Shown in pieces: positions 23,011 to 24,350 of a DNA stretch of 24,350 bases. The translations under genes and the position numbers were made by a program. Source of the stretch: a virus (Duplodnaviria > Caudoviricetes); IMG/VR virus record IMGVR_UViG_3300037705_000041, positions 1-24,350 of that record. One strand, written 5' to 3'. How positions within the stretch are numbered: position 1 is the stretch's first letter; each line of letters opens with the position of its first letter. The notes below the pieces were generated by a model. It had not been told where the DNA came from. It was given only the letters and a program-made list of their open reading frames with translations, and did not search any database.

Positions 23011-24350
23011 TGGCCGAGCCTTGGTTGAATGATCCCGTAGCGACCGACGACGCCCCGTGGCTGCGCGATCCCGTTATTGCGAACCCGGCGCTGCTCGAAC
23101 AGTCGCAGCTCAACGCCCCCGGCGGCATCATCAATTCCATCCGCGCCAACCTGCAGGCCAGCTCCACCGGCCTCATCCTGCGCGGCAAAGCCCCGGACGT
23201 TCATATGTCGCCGGATGCCGCGTGGTACGAGCGCGCGGCGGGTAACGTCGCGGGCGTTGTGGGCGACCTGCCGGCGATGATCGTGGGCGGGGCCGCCGGC
23301 AGCGCGGCCGGGCCGATTGGCACTGGTGCTGGGGCGCTTGCCGTGCCGACAGCCATTCGCGAATCCCTGATGACGGCCTACGAAATGGGCGCGGTCGATA
23401 CATGGGAAGAGCTGTGGGAGATCACGAAAGCTGGTGCGACCGGAGGCGTTAAGGGCGCCATACTCGGCGGTACGACCGCCGGGGCTGGGCGTTTCGTGCG
23501 TGGGATGGGAACCGGCCCGGCCACGCAGATCGGCGCCGTCGGTGCCGAGGTCACGACCTTGGCGACGGTTGGCAGCGCGCTCGAAGGCCAGCTCCCGACC
23601 GCGCAGGACTTTCTCGACGCGGCGATCGTGGTGGGCGGGCTGCATGCCGTGAATGCAACGGTCGGCCGGCTACGCAATATCTATGCCAAGACCGGCGTGC
23701 CTCCCGAGCAGGTAGCGGTTGAGGCGATGAAAGACCCGGCGCTGAAAGCCGAATTGGCGAAATCGGATGAAATACCGGTTCTCTACCGTGAAGTGGCGGC
23801 AACGGAAAACGCCAAGGCCGCTGTCCCTGAGCTGCAGGACCGCGCGACGGCGGTGCGGTTCATGGAGAAGCCGTTCATCGAGCCGAAAGACTTACAGAGC
23901 GACATCACGCTGCCGAAGTTCGACTACATCAACAACCCGGCCGAGTTGCAATCCGCCGTCGCGCGCACGATCGAGTTGTACGGCGACCGGATTCAGACGC
24001 AGCGCCGCGGCACGGTGTCGCATGAGCAGTCCCTGCTCGAAGCCAAGCAAAAACTGGCCGACATCCTCGGCACGACCGGCGAGCGCCTTCCCGGCACGGC
24101 CGCCAACTCAAGTGAGATTTTGGCGCGAGCCTTCATCGCCGAGCGCGCTTACGTTGATTTGATGCAGAAGGGCAAGACCATCTCCGAGCTCGGTGCCAAC
24201 GCGACCGGGGAACAGGTGACGCAGTTCCTGGCGCAGACCGAGCGCACCGCCATGATCTTCTCCGAGTTCATGGGCACCCGCGCCGAAGCTGGCCGGGCGC
24301 TGGAAATGCTGCGCTCCACCTCCAAGCTGACGAAGAAACTGGAACAGATG
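23010..24350 (+). CDS. Large internal virion/DNA-transfer protein, truncated at window end
   Basis: Not in the track. ATG 23010 (TAATG overlap): MAEPWLNDPVATDDAPWLRDPV...GDLPAMIVGGAAGSAAGPIGTGAGALAVP (Gly/Ala membrane-type segments). Frame appears open to 24350. Confidence 0.8.
   Translation, partial: MAEPWLNDPVATDDAPWLRDPVIANPALLEQSQLNAPGGIINSIRANLQASSTGLILRGKAPDVHMSPDAAWYERAAGNVAGVVGDLPAMIVGGAAGSAAGPIGTGAGALAVPTAIRESLMTAYEMGAVDTWEELWEITKAGATGGVKGAILGGTTAGAGRFVRGMGTGPATQIGAVGAEVTTLATVGSALEGQLPTAQDFLDAAIVVGGLHAVNATVGRLRNIYAKTGVPPEQVAVEAMKDPALKAELAKSDEIPVLYREVAATENAKAAVPELQDRATAVRFMEKPFIEPKDLQSDITLPKFDYINNPAELQSAVARTIELYGDRIQTQRRGTVSHEQSLLEAKQKLADILGTTGERLPGTAANSSEILARAFIAERAYVDLMQKGKTISELGANATGEQVTQFLAQTERTAMIFSEFMGTRAEAGRALEMLRSTSKLTKKLEQM

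Noticed and set aside
14618-24350. Diversity-generating retroelement, suspected because of the BPP-1-like head genes
   Set aside because: No reverse transcriptase motifs and no template/variable repeat pair found by eye in this window. It cannot be excluded elsewhere in the genome.

Overview
This is a GC-rich fragment of a tailed dsDNA phage or prophage with a podovirus-type (T7/BPP-1-like) virion module. No host genes are visible. 1-3981 (minus strand) holds DNA-metabolism and small genes: a SNF2-family helicase running off the window edge, a DUF6378-like protein, a RuvC-like resolvase and several hypotheticals. 4309-4914 is a divergent XRE-HTH repressor-like gene. 4915-5345 is non-coding, with paired GAACA/TGTTC repeats, an AT-rich core, a G-tract cluster and a bidirectional terminator. 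5374-6322 is a leftward cluster of very small early-type ORFs. A control region with a perfect 17-bp palindrome follows. From 6835 to the end runs the plus-strand morphogenesis operon: terS, a 22-codon hydrophobic micro-ORF, terL, GNAT-like protein, portal, Bbp19-like protein, scaffold, major capsid, decoration-like proteins, a putative spike-base/head-fibre/polysaccharide-lyase module, tail tubular A and B, and three internal virion proteins (the last truncated). Best leads: the spike base + head fibre + lyase cassette, a structured capsid leader that sequesters its own Shine-Dalgarno, a CAACRYG motif at a fixed position in three promoters, and the terS-terL micro-ORF. All family assignments come from motif recognition and synteny by eye, not database searches.
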